Shown: piece after piece, positions 13,297 to 23,086 of the stretch
How the letters are laid out: each line of letters starts with the position of its first letter
Position numbering within the stretch: the first letter of the stretch is position 1
NCBI GenBank assembly: GCA_050949505.1
Contig: JBMNFV010000001.1
Location: forward strand, 637,644-701,643
Source: Patescibacteria group bacterium
GTDB taxonomy: Bacteria; Patescibacteriota; Patescibacteriia; Patescibacteriales; UBA12465
Length of the DNA stretch: 64,000 nt
Direction of reading: 5' to 3'
The notes under the pieces: model-generated
Databases searched by the model: none
What the model was told of the DNA's origin: nothing
The model's input: only the letters and a program-made list of their open reading frames with translations
Position numbers and translations under genes: made by a program

Positions 13297-14292
13297 TTAG
13301 AATAATCGTCTTAACTGTCTAAATAATTTATAGACCTGATAACTTAAATACTTATTACTCAGATCATAAGTGCCTGGATAATTCCTTGCTCGTCCACCAA
13401 AGCCTAGCTTGAAGCGAGTTACTCCTGGCCAGCGCTGCTTATCTATCCCATAAAAATCATAGTCTTTAAAAAGTTGATTGTCAGTATTTTGTCGTTCTTG
13501 ATTTAATTTTTGCGCCTTTAAAATTACGCTCCATTGTAATAATTGAGGGGCCATTAGCGACCTGGCCTGATAGTCAGAGGCGCCATGTAGGTAGGTCACC
13601 CGCTCACCAAAGAAGGAAAATAGTCCGCCGGCAATCGCCTGCCCCTGATGCCTAGCTATAAACAATTTAAGTGGTTCTAGTTTTAAAAGGTTTTGATAAT
13701 GAGTCTTGGGATGTAGACGAAAACCATCTCGCCCACCAGTGGCCTTTAGCAGTCGCCAAAACTCGTCTAAATCCGCTTCCGTACCCTCAGTTACTACCAC
13801 TCCTTTTCTTTTAGCTAAGCGAAGATTGTACCTTGTTTTTGAATGCATTCCTGCTAAGAGTTCGGCCTCACTTTTTCTTAGATCTAGCAGCCAGGTCTGG
13901 CTTGGCTGCCAATCAATAGTTTTAATTAAATATTTAAAGTTCTTAGCTGACCTTAAGGCCTCTATGATAGTCTGGCTAACTGGCTCTAAGCGCCAAAAAA
14001 TTGCTGAAGATTTCAAGCGATCTAATTCAGTCAGCAGTTTCACCACCTTGTCTGGTGCCCCCCAAGGGCCGCGGGGTAAGTAATAGTAGTGAAACTTAGA
14101 AATTATTTGCTTCTTGATAATTAAAGCTGAGGCAACAATAGCTTCTCCTGCCAGTAGTCCCCAAATCTCCCCCTCCTCACCATCACTCTTAACTAATTCT
14201 TGCCAATAGCTAGACTGCAAGAGTTCACTATCTATAGACTGGTTAAGAATCTTTAGCTTTGTTTTATCTTCACTTAAGTTAACTATTTTCAT
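13297..14292 (-). CDS. FemAB-family peptidoglycan bridge-forming aminoacyltransferase (FemX-like)
   Basis: The length and motifs (YYYLPRGP, MHSKTRYNLRLAKRKGV, TYLHGASD) match the FemAB (PF02388) pattern. Confidence 0.7.
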   Translation of the reverse strand: MKIVNLSEDKTKLKILNQSIDSELLQSSYWQELVKSDGEEGEIWGLLAGEAIVASALIIKKQIISKFHYYYLPRGPWGAPDKVVKLLTELDRLKSSAIFWRLEPVSQTIIEALRSAKNFKYLIKTIDWQPSQTWLLDLRKSEAELLAGMHSKTRYNLRLAKRKGVVVTEGTEADLDEFWRLLKATGGRDGFRLHPKTHYQNLLKLEPLKLFIARHQGQAIAGGLFSFFGERVTYLHGASDYQARSLMAPQLLQWSVILKAQKLNQERQNTDNQLFKDYDFYGIDKQRWPGVTRFKLGFGGRARNYPGTYDLSNKYLSYQVYKLFRQLRRLF

Positions 14293-14330
14293 TTCTCTAT
14301 TATACCAATACTTTTAAGACAAAACAACCT

Positions 14331-14361
14331 AAATAAAAAGCCCGAGTTTAAAAACTCGGGC
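14331..14361 (-). terminator. Intrinsic terminator downstream of the 315-aa membrane protein gene
   Basis: An 8-bp stem, gcccgagt/actcgggc, with a 6-nt loop. On the minus strand it is followed by tttttattt. Confidence 0.7.
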
Positions 14362-14367
14362 AGTTAA

Positions 14368-15315
14368 CTATTCTCCTAGGTGTTTTCTTAGAAGCGCTGG
14401 ATAGCGCTCAGTAAACAGCCTATTTAACTCTCTCATTTGGGAGTAAAACTCCCCTCTCTCTTTATTCCAGGACAGGGTCCTAACATATCTGAGGCCATCT
14501 TTTTGATAGATGGTGCCCCAAAATACTAGGTGTATCCCCTGCCACTTCTCAGGAATATATTCCTGATTAACTAGCAGCCAGTCCAGTAGCCTCGCACTAA
14601 TGGCGCGCCTTTGGATGTCAGACTGGGAAATAAAGATGCTCCCGGTCTCTCCTTTTGGCTCCGGGTAATATACCTGATAGTTGCCCGGACTAAACGTAAT
14701 GGTATCCGGGAAGCTTCTATCTCTCACCACATCGTAGCCCGGAATCCATTCTGGATAAGAGGCCAGTTTGGCGACTACTCCCCTCTCTCTTTTTCTTCTC
14801 TTGATCCTTTCGGCTAACCTGCGCCAAGTAACTGAGCTAGCCAGCACCCTAATGGCGACAGTCAACAGGAGCAATAAAAAGAAAGTGATAGTCAGTCCTG
14901 CCCCATAGACAAGACCGAATCCTAAGGTTAGGCCCAGAAAGATGAAGGATACTATTCTGCCGATATCCTCTCCTTTTGAGGCCTCTAGCCCGGCAAGGGC
15001 TACTAACCCTAAATAGACATAGCCTACAATTGGATGCAAGAGCCTAAATAGATAAAAAAATATAAAGACCCCTATTCCAGCTAGCCCTAATATAAGCAGG
15101 AACCACACATGGCGCTGCTTATTGAGGGACAGGACCAAGAACACTGCCACCCCCATAGCGGGGATATCCCACCAGCGAGAGATCCCACTGGCAGAAAACT
15201 CTACTCCTTGGTGTATCTTGATCAGATTAACCACTAAATAGATCATCGCCATTACTATCGTAATTGCGATGGACAAAAACCATATTTGGTTTTTGTTTAA
15301 AAACTTTTTTTCCAT
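14368..15315 (-). CDS. Hypothetical multi-pass membrane protein with a C-terminal soluble domain
   Basis: The ORF is in the track. The N-terminal half has 5-6 predicted hydrophobic helices. I recognise no family in the C-terminal approx 140 aa. Confidence 0.5.
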   Translation of the reverse strand: MEKKFLNKNQIWFLSIAITIVMAMIYLVVNLIKIHQGVEFSASGISRWWDIPAMGVAVFLVLSLNKQRHVWFLLILGLAGIGVFIFFYLFRLLHPIVGYVYLGLVALAGLEASKGEDIGRIVSFIFLGLTLGFGLVYGAGLTITFFLLLLLTVAIRVLASSVTWRRLAERIKRRKRERGVVAKLASYPEWIPGYDVVRDRSFPDTITFSPGNYQVYYPEPKGETGSIFISQSDIQRRAISARLLDWLLVNQEYIPEKWQGIHLVFWGTIYQKDGLRYVRTLSWNKERGEFYSQMRELNRLFTERYPALLRKHLGE

Positions 15316-15576
15316 ATTTTTATTATTTAATTGTTAATGTACTATTCTAATTATCCCCCCTATTACTTTAGCGGAATAATAACTCTGTTTTATATCATTA
15401 AATAGCTTCTAGGTCAAGGGCTAAAAAAATAATGTCCTACCAATGTGATAATGTCCTCAGGTGAACAATCTAGAAATACTATAGCTAACAAACTTAGCAT
15501 CCTAATTAATCTAATTCAGATTAATAAGACTACTGACTAATTATTAACTATAATTTAATAATTAAGCTCTAGCCTC

Positions 15577-15605
15577 TTGTCAAATAAAAAAACTTTTGTT
15601 ATTAT
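15577..15605 (+). promoter_or_regulatory. Sigma70-like promoter for the tRNA pair
   Basis: TTGTCA-N17-TATTAT ends 12 nt before the tRNA-Lys 5' end. Confidence 0.5.
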
Positions 15606-15617
15606 CTAAATGTTCTC

Positions 15618-15690
15618 GCGCTGTTAGCTCAGTTGGCAGAGCAGCTCCCTTTTAAGGAGACGGTCGTAGGTTCGAGCCCTACACGGCGCA
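15618..15690 (+). tRNA. tRNA-Lys (anticodon UUU); no encoded CCA
   Basis: Manual cloverleaf: acceptor gcgctgt/acggcgc, D arm gctc-agttggca-gagc, anticodon loop cuUUUaa, T arm gtagg-ttcgagc-cctac. Confidence 0.9.
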
Positions 15691-15725
15691 CTAAAAAAAC
15701 CGCTCTAAGCGGTTTTCAATTATTA

Positions 15726-15802
15726 GCCGACTTAGCTCAGCTGGCCAGAGCAGCTGTTTTGTAAACAGCAGGTCGTCGGTTCGAATCCGACAGTCGGCTC
15801 CA
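15726..15802 (+). tRNA. tRNA-Thr (anticodon UGU) with encoded 3' CCA
   Basis: Manual cloverleaf: acceptor gccgact/agtcggc, anticodon stem gctgt/acagc with loop ttTGTaa, T arm gtcgg-ttcgaat-ccgac, discriminator t followed by cca. Confidence 0.9.
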
Positions 15803-16398
15803 AAAAAAACTAGACAAGCCAAATACGCGTGCGAGACACCAATAAGGCTTGTAAAACATTAAGACAGCTTATATAAGCTTAGAGTGAAAATTTGGAAAAG
15901 AATTAGCTGACTCCTTTTCAAAGTTAAAACTTAGCTGCTTGCAGAAGGAATTTGACTAGGCCTCAACATTGATTACAAAAAGTTTCGTGGTTGGCTTCGT
16001 CAAAAGTATAGCCCAAAAAATGTTTTTCTCTTCATCGGACTTATTCCCGATAGAACCAGCTTTTACCAACACTTGCAAGAAGCAGGCTTTATTCTCATTT
16101 TCGAGCAAACTATTTCTACTTCGTAATAAAGCAAAAGATATTACTTTCTTGAGTGACCATTATCACAAATTTTCTACCCAAAAAGAAAAAGACCCCGGTG
16201 CAGACGTATCTACACGAGGTTCTCTTTCATAGTGACAAGTCTAGTATGGCAAATGAGTAAAATATGTCAATAAAAAACAGCCCCGCAAATACACTCCAGC
16301 TCAGAAAATTTCTTTGCAAAACCAAGCCTATTTTTTGTATTCTCGAGAATTTTTGATAAAGTAAGCTCAAGTAGTATCGTGAAGACCCTCTTTATTCG

Positions 16399-16432
16399 GA
16401 CTTTAATTATTTCTTCTAATTAAAGTCTTTTT
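16399..16432 (+). terminator. Strong intrinsic terminator-like hairpin in the tRNA-dnaB spacer
   Basis: An 11-bp perfect stem, gactttaatta/taattaaagtc, with a 7-nt loop, followed by ttttt. It sits approx 110 nt upstream of the dnaB start. Confidence 0.55.
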
Positions 16433-16541
16433 ACTATCTCGGGATAAATCGGGGATAAGTTGCTAATAACTTTGACTTGAAAAGTCCCAAAATTTAAGCT
16501 AAAATAATTTAAGTTTTATTAATTTTCTAAAATATTTATAT

Positions 16542-17933
16542 ATGACTGATGAAAAGATTTTAGAAAAAATTCCTCCTCATAGCTTAGAGGCGGAAGAGTC
16601 GGTACTCGGCGCCTTATTGATAGATAAGGATGCAATTATTAGGGTAGCGGATAATTTACTACCTCAAGATTTCTATAAAGAGGCTCACCGGCTAATCTTT
16701 GAAACAATTAAAGGGCTTTACGCTAGTCAAGAATCAATTGATATTATCACTCTAACTACTCGCTTAGAAGAAAAGAAACAATTAGCCACTGTTGGTGGCC
16801 GCGCCTATTTAGCTAAACTATCTAACACCGTGGCAACTTCTGGCAATATTGTTCAATATGCTAATATCATTCAGCGCAAAGCCACTCTCAGGCGCCTACA
16901 ACAAGCCGCGGCTGAAATTTCTTCTCTAAGCTTTAATGAAGAGCGAGCTATTGACGAAATCTTAGATGAAACTGAAAAGAAAGTTTTTGGAGTATCCCGT
17001 AAATACCTTAAAAATGCCTTTACCCCCATTGATACCCTGCTCACCTCCGCCTTTGATCGTATTGACGAACTTCATAAGCAAAGCGGTAAGCTGCGTGGCC
17101 TGCCTACAGGCTTCCCTGACCTAGATAACTTGTTGGCTGGACTACAAAAGTCGGACCTAATCATTTTAGCGGCTCGCCCTTCTGTTGGAAAAACTTCTTT
17201 AGCCCTAGACATTGCTAGACAGGCGGCGATAAAAAGCAAAGAAGGGGTTGGCATCTTTTCTTTGGAAATGAGCAAAGAACAATTAGTAGATCGCCTGCTT
17301 TGTGCGCAAGCTAATGTTAGTTTATGGAAAATGAGAACTGGCAATTTATCGGATAAAGATGATAGCAATGACTTTGCTAAAATTGGAGAAGCGATGGGTA
17401 AATTAGCTGAAGCGCCTATCTATATTGATGACTCCGGCACCCTATCAATTATGGAAATTAGGGCTAAAGCGCGGCGCCTACAAATGGAAAAAGGCTTAGG
17501 ATTAATTATCATTGACTACCTACAGTTAATGGAAGGTCGGGGTAAGTATGGTGATAATCGCGTTCAGGAAATTGCTGAAATTAGTCGTGGTCTTAAATCC
17601 ATTGCCCGAGAATTAAATATTCCTATTTTAGCTCTCGCTCAATTATCTCGGGCTGTTGAGGCGACTAGTCCCGCCATTCCTAAGCTCTCTCACTTGCGTG
17701 ACTCTGGCTCTATTGAACAAGATGCTGATATTGTAATGTTTATCTACCGCAAAGCCGCTGATCGTAATTTTCAAGCTGCTGACCTACCTAGTGATGAACG
17801 TCATAAGGCTGAAATTCATATTGCCAAGCACCGCAATGGCCCCACTGGAACCGTCAATCTCTTTTTTGATGAAACTTCTGTTAATTTCAAGAGTCTGAGC
17901 AAGGGGGCCGAAAGGTTGGAGCCGGAATTTTAA
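16542..17933 (+). CDS. dnaB: Replicative DNA helicase DnaB
   Basis: N-terminal PPHSLEAEESVLGALL; Walker A ARPSVGKTSLAL; IIIDYLQLM and SRGLKSIARELNIPILALAQLSR. There is no intein-sized insertion. Confidence 0.95.
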   Translation: MTDEKILEKIPPHSLEAEESVLGALLIDKDAIIRVADNLLPQDFYKEAHRLIFETIKGLYASQESIDIITLTTRLEEKKQLATVGGRAYLAKLSNTVATSGNIVQYANIIQRKATLRRLQQAAAEISSLSFNEERAIDEILDETEKKVFGVSRKYLKNAFTPIDTLLTSAFDRIDELHKQSGKLRGLPTGFPDLDNLLAGLQKSDLIILAARPSVGKTSLALDIARQAAIKSKEGVGIFSLEMSKEQLVDRLLCAQANVSLWKMRTGNLSDKDDSNDFAKIGEAMGKLAEAPIYIDDSGTLSIMEIRAKARRLQMEKGLGLIIIDYLQLMEGRGKYGDNRVQEIAEISRGLKSIARELNIPILALAQLSRAVEATSPAIPKLSHLRDSGSIEQDADIVMFIYRKAADRNFQAADLPSDERHKAEIHIAKHRNGPTGTVNLFFDETSVNFKSLSKGAERLEPEF

Positions 17934-17963
17934 ATATTATTAATCTAATCTAAATACAAATCT

Positions 17964-18239
17964 ATGTTTAACAAACTCAAACAATTTAAAGATTTACGCA
18001 GTCAAGCTAAGACTATGCAAGACTCCCTAGCCCAAGAGACTATTACTGAAGAAAGAAATGGCGTTAAGGTGTCCTTAAATGGCAATTTAGAGATTATAGA
18101 GTTAACTCTTAATGAATCCTTGTCTGCTAAAGAGCAAGCCGACACTCTTAAGCGTTGCTTAAATGAAGCGATCAAAAAGACCCAGCGCTTAATGGCTAAG
18201 AAGCTCCAAGCGATGGGCGGTATTCCTGGCCTTAGCTAA
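17964..18239 (+). CDS. ybaB: YbaB/EbfC family nucleoid-associated protein
   Basis: 91 aa in the conserved position before recR, with the typical K-rich N-terminus and G-I-P-G-L tail. Confidence 0.8.
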   Translation: MFNKLKQFKDLRSQAKTMQDSLAQETITEERNGVKVSLNGNLEIIELTLNESLSAKEQADTLKRCLNEAIKKTQRLMAKKLQAMGGIPGLS

Positions 18240-18244
18240 ACTCT

Positions 18245-18841
18245 ATGCGCTATCCGCAAGCAATTGAAAACTTAATTAATCAGCTATCTAAACTACCTAG
18301 CGTTGGCCCTAAAACAGCCGAACGCTATGTTTTTTATTTACTCCAGCAATCCCCTAGCCAGTTAACTGAACTAGCCACCGCCATTAGCTCTTTGCTAGCT
18401 AATACCACTCGTTGTGATCGCTGCCTAATGATTGCCGAAGAAAATCCTTGTTCTATTTGCCGTGACCCTCAACGTCAATCAGAGGTTCTTTGTGTGGTAG
18501 AAAATACTCAAGACCTCTTAAGCCTAGAAGCGACTAAACAATACTCTGGCCGCTACTTTGTTTTAGGAGGACTAATTAATACTATTTTAGAAATTGGCCC
18601 CAATGATTTGAATATAACTGCCCTGCTTAAGAAAATTAAGGCTGAGTCTATTAAAGAGCTAATCTTAGCCTTCAACTTTAATTTAGAGGGTGAGGCCACT
18701 GCTTTGTATTTGAATAAACTGCTGCGTGGTCGCTTAAAAATTACTCGCCTGGCTAAAGGTTTGCCCGCTGGCTCAGACCTAGAGTACGCTGATGAGCATA
18801 CTCTAGCTAGCGCCCTAAAGAATCGGAATGAGCTTAGCTAG
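18245..18841 (+). CDS. recR: Recombination protein RecR
   Basis: HhH motif LPSVGPKTAERYVFYLL, C4 zinc finger CDRC...CSIC, and a Toprim region. Confidence 0.9.
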   Translation: MRYPQAIENLINQLSKLPSVGPKTAERYVFYLLQQSPSQLTELATAISSLLANTTRCDRCLMIAEENPCSICRDPQRQSEVLCVVENTQDLLSLEATKQYSGRYFVLGGLINTILEIGPNDLNITALLKKIKAESIKELILAFNFNLEGEATALYLNKLLRGRLKITRLAKGLPAGSDLEYADEHTLASALKNRNELS

Positions 18842-18900
18842 CAGACAGACAGAGAAAGAAAGAAGGAGAATAGGTTTAATAGTTAAATAGTAATAATAAC

Positions 18901-18932
18901 AAAAACTCCGCCCTGAGGGCGGAGCTTTGTTT
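18901..18932. terminator. Bidirectional terminator between convergent recR and rplU
   Basis: An 8-bp GC-rich stem, ctccgccc/gggcggag, with loop tga. It is flanked by aaaaa upstream and ctttgttt downstream. Confidence 0.7.
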
Positions 18933-18993
18933 AACTACTACTAATTTTTAACTATTTATAATATCTACCGACTACTTAGATTGCTAATTACCC

Positions 18994-19302
18994 TTAAGCA
19001 ATCGCCGTGATTTTAATAGTTGTTTTTATTTGACGGTGGCCTAAGGTTCGCTTATATCTGATCTTGTTCTTATACTTCACCACCGTAACCTTATCCCCTT
19101 TGGCAGTGGTTAATATTTCTGCCTCCACTTTTTCTCCTAGTGATGGTTGACCTAACTCTAAATTATCGCCATCAGCAATTAACAGCGTTTCTAACTTAAC
19201 TTTAGCTCCCACTTCCTGGTCTAATTTCTCCACTTGAAGCGTTTCGCCAACGGCAACCTTGTACTGCTTACCACCAGTTTTTATTACAGCAAATTTACTC
19301 AT
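18994..19302 (-). CDS. rplU: 50S ribosomal protein L21
   Basis: MSKFAVIKTGGKQYKVAVGETLQVEKL is the canonical bL21 N-terminus. Confidence 0.95.
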   Translation of the reverse strand: MSKFAVIKTGGKQYKVAVGETLQVEKLDQEVGAKVKLETLLIADGDNLELGQPSLGEKVEAEILTTAKGDKVTVVKYKNKIRYKRTLGHRQIKTTIKITAIA

Positions 19303-19355
19303 ATTATTAATAATTTATAGGCTTATTCTTAACTCCCCTCCATAATAGCAAATAT

Positions 19356-19384
19356 TTGAAAATTGTCAATAAATAGGTTATAGT
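19356..19384 (+). promoter_or_regulatory. Candidate sigma70-like promoter for murA
   Basis: TTGAAA-N17-TATAGT, approx 70 nt upstream of the murA ATG. Confidence 0.35.
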
Positions 19385-19452
19385 AAATTCACTGAGAAAG
19401 TCTTAATAATTATTATCACTATTTTTTAATATTACTTTAATCAATAACTCTT

Positions 19453-20712
19453 ATGGCTAAATTTATTATCACTGGCGGACAAAAATTATCAGGAGAAATT
19501 GCCGTTAAGGGCGCTAAAAACAACGCTCAAATTATGATTCCCGCGGCCCTCTTGTCTACCAAAACAATGACTCTAAGAAATGTACCGCTAATTGATGGGG
19601 TAACTAAATCATTAGACCTATTACAAGACCTAGGAGCAACGGTTAGTATCAGTGACGAAGAGCTAAAAATCAATACGGCCAACTTATCTAAAAATGAATT
19701 AAACTTTAAGTTGGCTGATAAATTCCGTACCTCGGTTATGTTTGTTGGGCCCATTTTGGCTCGCTTGGGAAAAGTGAAGTTTCCGCATCCTGGCGGTTGC
19801 GTGATTGGCACTGCTAGCCGTCCCATTGATTTGTTTTTAGAAGGCTTTAAAGCTCTAGGCGCTAAGGTAGTCGTCAAAGAGCGCTACTACGAAATTAGTG
19901 CTAAAAAATTAGTTGGTGGCAATTTCTTTTTTACCACCGTCGCAGTAACTGGCACCCAAAGTCTTATGATGACCGCCTGTTTAGCTGAGGGTCGGACAGT
20001 TTTGAAGAATTGTGCCCTAGAACCTGAAGTAGTTGCCTTAGCTGACTATTTAAATGCCCAAGGAGCTAAAATTAGTGGGGCCGGAACCCCCACAATTATT
20101 ATTGACGGAGTTAAGGAGCTGGGAGCGGGTATAGGGGAAATAATCCCTGACCGAATTGAAACCGGTTCCTTTGCCCTAATGGCCGCTGCTACTGGTTCGG
20201 AAATTAAAATTACTAACTGTAATCCTGAGCATGTTTTAAGCTTGCTTGCTATTTTTGATAAGATTGGCGTTAATTACGAGGCTGGTGCTGACTATTTGAT
20301 TATTAAAAAATCTGGCCAGATCAAACCTACTAATCTTAAGACTCATGAATACCCCGGCTATTCAACCGATTTACAATCCCCCTTTGTAGTGCTAATGACC
20401 CAAGCTCAAGGAACCTCATTAATTCAAGAGACTATCTATGACCGCCGCCTGCTCTGGACGGATATGCTCTCCCAAATGGGCGCTAATTTAACCATGTGTG
20501 ACCCTCACCGAGTGGTAGTAACTGGTCCTAGTCGTTTAGTCGCTAAAAAATTAATTAGCCCTGATATTAGAGCAGGAATTGCTCTAGTGATCGCCGCCCT
20601 AATTGCCGAAGGAGAAACGGAGATAGATAATATCTATCAAATTGATCGTGGTTATGAAAAGCTAGATGAACGCTTACGCGGTCTAGGCGCGCTAATTAGC
20701 CGAGTAGATTAA
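19453..20712 (+). CDS. murA: UDP-N-acetylglucosamine 1-carboxyvinyltransferase MurA
   Basis: EPSP-synthase-fold N-terminus GGQKLSGEIAVKGAKNNA, and an active-site loop, HPGGCVIG, containing Cys. Confidence 0.9.
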   Translation: MAKFIITGGQKLSGEIAVKGAKNNAQIMIPAALLSTKTMTLRNVPLIDGVTKSLDLLQDLGATVSISDEELKINTANLSKNELNFKLADKFRTSVMFVGPILARLGKVKFPHPGGCVIGTASRPIDLFLEGFKALGAKVVVKERYYEISAKKLVGGNFFFTTVAVTGTQSLMMTACLAEGRTVLKNCALEPEVVALADYLNAQGAKISGAGTPTIIIDGVKELGAGIGEIIPDRIETGSFALMAAATGSEIKITNCNPEHVLSLLAIFDKIGVNYEAGADYLIIKKSGQIKPTNLKTHEYPGYSTDLQSPFVVLMTQAQGTSLIQETIYDRRLLWTDMLSQMGANLTMCDPHRVVVTGPSRLVAKKLISPDIRAGIALVIAALIAEGETEIDNIYQIDRGYEKLDERLRGLGALISRVD

Positions 20713-20734
20713 TTAGTCCTAAAATTTACCCCTT

Positions 20735-22126
20735 ATGTCTAAACGAGTTCGTGATAGCCTACTGATTATTTTTATTATTCTATTTATAGCCCTAAGTCTA
20801 GTTACTTCTTTATTTGCTTCTGGCTATAAATTTCACCTCACCTGGCCACTGCAGTTTAATCGCCTCTTGGTAAAAACTGGCACCTTAGCTGTTTCTAGCA
20901 AGCCCGGGCGAGCTCAGATATTTTTGAATAATAAAGAGCAGAAACTGTTTTCCCTTAACCCTTGGGACAAAAATTATATTACCACTCCGGGGAAAATAAA
21001 GAATCTTATCCCCGATGAATATGTTCTAGAGGTAGCCCTCCCTGACTATTGGCCCTATGAACAGCGGGTAACTATTTATCCTGGAGAGACTAGTTTTGTA
21101 GAAAACATTACCCTCTTTAAGCAAAGCGCTCCGCTCTTAGTTGCTCCTGAGGCTACTAAAACCAGCCTGCTGCTTAGCCCTGACTCTAAGTATCTCTACT
21201 CTCAAGCGGGTAACTTGATTATTGATTTAAAAACTCTAGACTCTAGGGACTTCACGCCCCTGCTAGAAACTGCTTTCCCTCCTAGTTACCAGTCGGCTCC
21301 CTTTAGAGAAACGCCTGAGAACCCCAACCCTTCCTCAACTTATCCTGCTCAGTGGCTTAGGACTAACAAGCTATTTAAATCTGGATTAGTTATTGACCCC
21401 AAAGAAGCAGCTGACCTTAACTATCTAGAAGTCATTGGCCCGGGCACTGACTGGCATTATGATGAGGCTAGTAATTATCTCTATTACCGACATAATTTAA
21501 CAATTAACCGCTTTTCACTTAGTCAGGCTAGCTCTGAGGTAATTGCTAGTGGCGAAAAATATCTTGACTACCTACCTCAGGCTGATAAATTAATGGTAAT
21601 CGTAGCCGAGGAAGATTTAAAGTTGCGAGTACTATCTTTAAAAACTTATGAAAGCCTGGGCGACTGGCTTTTGCCTAAAAACGCTCATTATCGCTTTGTA
21701 GCTAATCCCTATTATTTAGCCCTTTACGATGAGCTTAACCAAAGTCTCCTGCTCTTTAATTCTAATAACTTTCAAGCTAGTCCCGTAGTGATTAATCAAA
21801 TTAAGGCTTGGGACTTTGTTAATAGCAACCTATTGCTTTATACTGATGGCTATGAAATTAGTCTCTTGGACATTTCTAGTCAAGATCGCCAGCTCATTAC
21901 TCGTCTAAGCACTGCTATTGACTCCCTGATTTGGCATTCTAGTGGTCATTACTTTATTTTCAACAACAAACAGTCTTTAAATATTTATAATTTCAAAAAT
22001 AATCAAATTACCACCCTACTCACTGCTCAAGAAATTGCCTCACCACTACTTTTAGCTAAACAGAAATTAATTTATTTCTGGGCTAACCTAGACGAGCAAG
22101 CGGGAGTCTACAAGATTAGCCTTTAG
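20735..22126 (+). CDS. Membrane-anchored PEGA-domain protein with a C-terminal beta-rich region
   Basis: N-terminal TM helix (LLIIFIILFIALSLVTSLF). PEGA-like segment VSSKPGRAQIFLNN...TTPGKIKNLIPDEYVLEVALPDYWPYEQRVTIYPGETSFV. Confidence 0.5.
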   Translation: MSKRVRDSLLIIFIILFIALSLVTSLFASGYKFHLTWPLQFNRLLVKTGTLAVSSKPGRAQIFLNNKEQKLFSLNPWDKNYITTPGKIKNLIPDEYVLEVALPDYWPYEQRVTIYPGETSFVENITLFKQSAPLLVAPEATKTSLLLSPDSKYLYSQAGNLIIDLKTLDSRDFTPLLETAFPPSYQSAPFRETPENPNPSSTYPAQWLRTNKLFKSGLVIDPKEAADLNYLEVIGPGTDWHYDEASNYLYYRHNLTINRFSLSQASSEVIASGEKYLDYLPQADKLMVIVAEEDLKLRVLSLKTYESLGDWLLPKNAHYRFVANPYYLALYDELNQSLLLFNSNNFQASPVVINQIKAWDFVNSNLLLYTDGYEISLLDISSQDRQLITRLSTAIDSLIWHSSGHYFIFNNKQSLNIYNFKNNQITTLLTAQEIASPLLLAKQKLIYFWANLDEQAGVYKISL

Positions 22127-22135
22127 TTCTTAATT

Positions 22136-22172
22136 AAAAACAAACCAACTAACTTAGCTGGTTTGTTTTTTT
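22136..22172. terminator. Bidirectional terminator between the PEGA gene and galU
   Basis: Stem acaaaccaac/gctggtttgt with one mismatch, flanked by an A-run and a T-run. Confidence 0.6.
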
Positions 22173-22203
22173 AATTACCAATTTAAAAGCAAAACCATTA
22201 CCC

Positions 22204-23076
22204 CTACTTCTCCGCCAGCTCATTAATTAGCTTTTGTAGATCAGCCTTAACTTCCGGATGTTTTAAGCCGAGCTTTAAGGTGGCTTTAATAAAGTTAAAC
22301 TTATTACCCGTATCTAGCCATTCTCCCTCTAACTTTTTGCCATACAGAGTTTTGCCTGACTCTAGTAGTTTGTCATAAGCATCCGCTAACCTAATTTCCC
22401 CTGACTTGCCCATCTTAATAGTTTTAAGAGTTTCTAGCACTTCTGGGGTAATGACATTTATTCCCACTTGAACTAAATTAGACGGCGCTGCCTCTACGGC
22501 TGGCTTTTCAATAAACTGCTCAATTTTATAAACCCCTTCCTTTAGCTCTGTGCCGCCAATCACGCCAAATTGACTAACTTCCTGAGGAGCAACTTCCGAT
22601 AATCCGATCATCGTTTCGCCATATTGTTCATAGGCCTCAATGACTTGTTTAACTGGTGACACCTGAGCATCATATAAAGTATCACCGAACATCACTAGGA
22701 CTGGCTCCTGGTCTTTAATTAAATGCGCGGCACAAAGGACCGCCTGACCATCACCTAGCGGGATGGGTTGGCGCACATAGGAAAACTTCGCTAGACTTTC
22801 TATCTCTCTCACCTTTTCCACTAGGTCTAGCTTATTCTTCTCCACTAGCGTTTTTTCTAGCTCAAAAGAATAATCAAAGTGGTCCTCTATCGCTCGCTTA
22901 CCCCGACCCGTGACAAAAATAATTTCTTCAATGCCTGCCGCTACCGCTTGCTCCACTAAATATTGTATAACTGGCTTATCTACTACGGTTAACATTTCCT
23001 TAGGCTGCGCCTTAGTCGCTGGCAAAAATCGGGTGCCAAAGCCGGCTACGGGAAAAATTGCTTTTTTTATTTTCAT
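22204..23076 (-). CDS. galU: UTP-glucose-1-phosphate uridylyltransferase GalU
   Basis: KAIFPVAGFGTRFLPATKAQPKEMLTVVDKP is the canonical GalU N-terminus. Confidence 0.9.
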   Translation of the reverse strand: MKIKKAIFPVAGFGTRFLPATKAQPKEMLTVVDKPVIQYLVEQAVAAGIEEIIFVTGRGKRAIEDHFDYSFELEKTLVEKNKLDLVEKVREIESLAKFSYVRQPIPLGDGQAVLCAAHLIKDQEPVLVMFGDTLYDAQVSPVKQVIEAYEQYGETMIGLSEVAPQEVSQFGVIGGTELKEGVYKIEQFIEKPAVEAAPSNLVQVGINVITPEVLETLKTIKMGKSGEIRLADAYDKLLESGKTLYGKKLEGEWLDTGNKFNFIKATLKLGLKHPEVKADLQKLINELAEK

Positions 23077-23086
23077 AATTTTAAAG

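Noticed and set aside
15696-15716. The hairpin aaaaccgc-tctaa-gcggtttt between the two tRNAs as a terminator.
   Set aside because: The GC core is only 4 bp and the T-run is part of the stem. A terminator separating two co-oriented tRNAs 35 nt apart is unlikely. It is more probably a processing or spacer structure.
15969-16232. The 87-aa ORF in the tRNA-dnaB spacer as a real gene.
   Set aside because: It has a TTG start with no RBS and a Phe/Ser/Lys-rich low-complexity sequence, and I recognise no family. The region is kept as a finding about unexplained non-coding space.
16436-16470. Two GGGATAA elements (tctcgggataaatcggggataagt) upstream of dnaB as DnaA boxes or an origin.
   Set aside because: They are only partial matches to TTATCCACA/TGTGGATAA. 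There is no dnaA gene, no AT-rich unwinding repeats, and no cluster of boxes.
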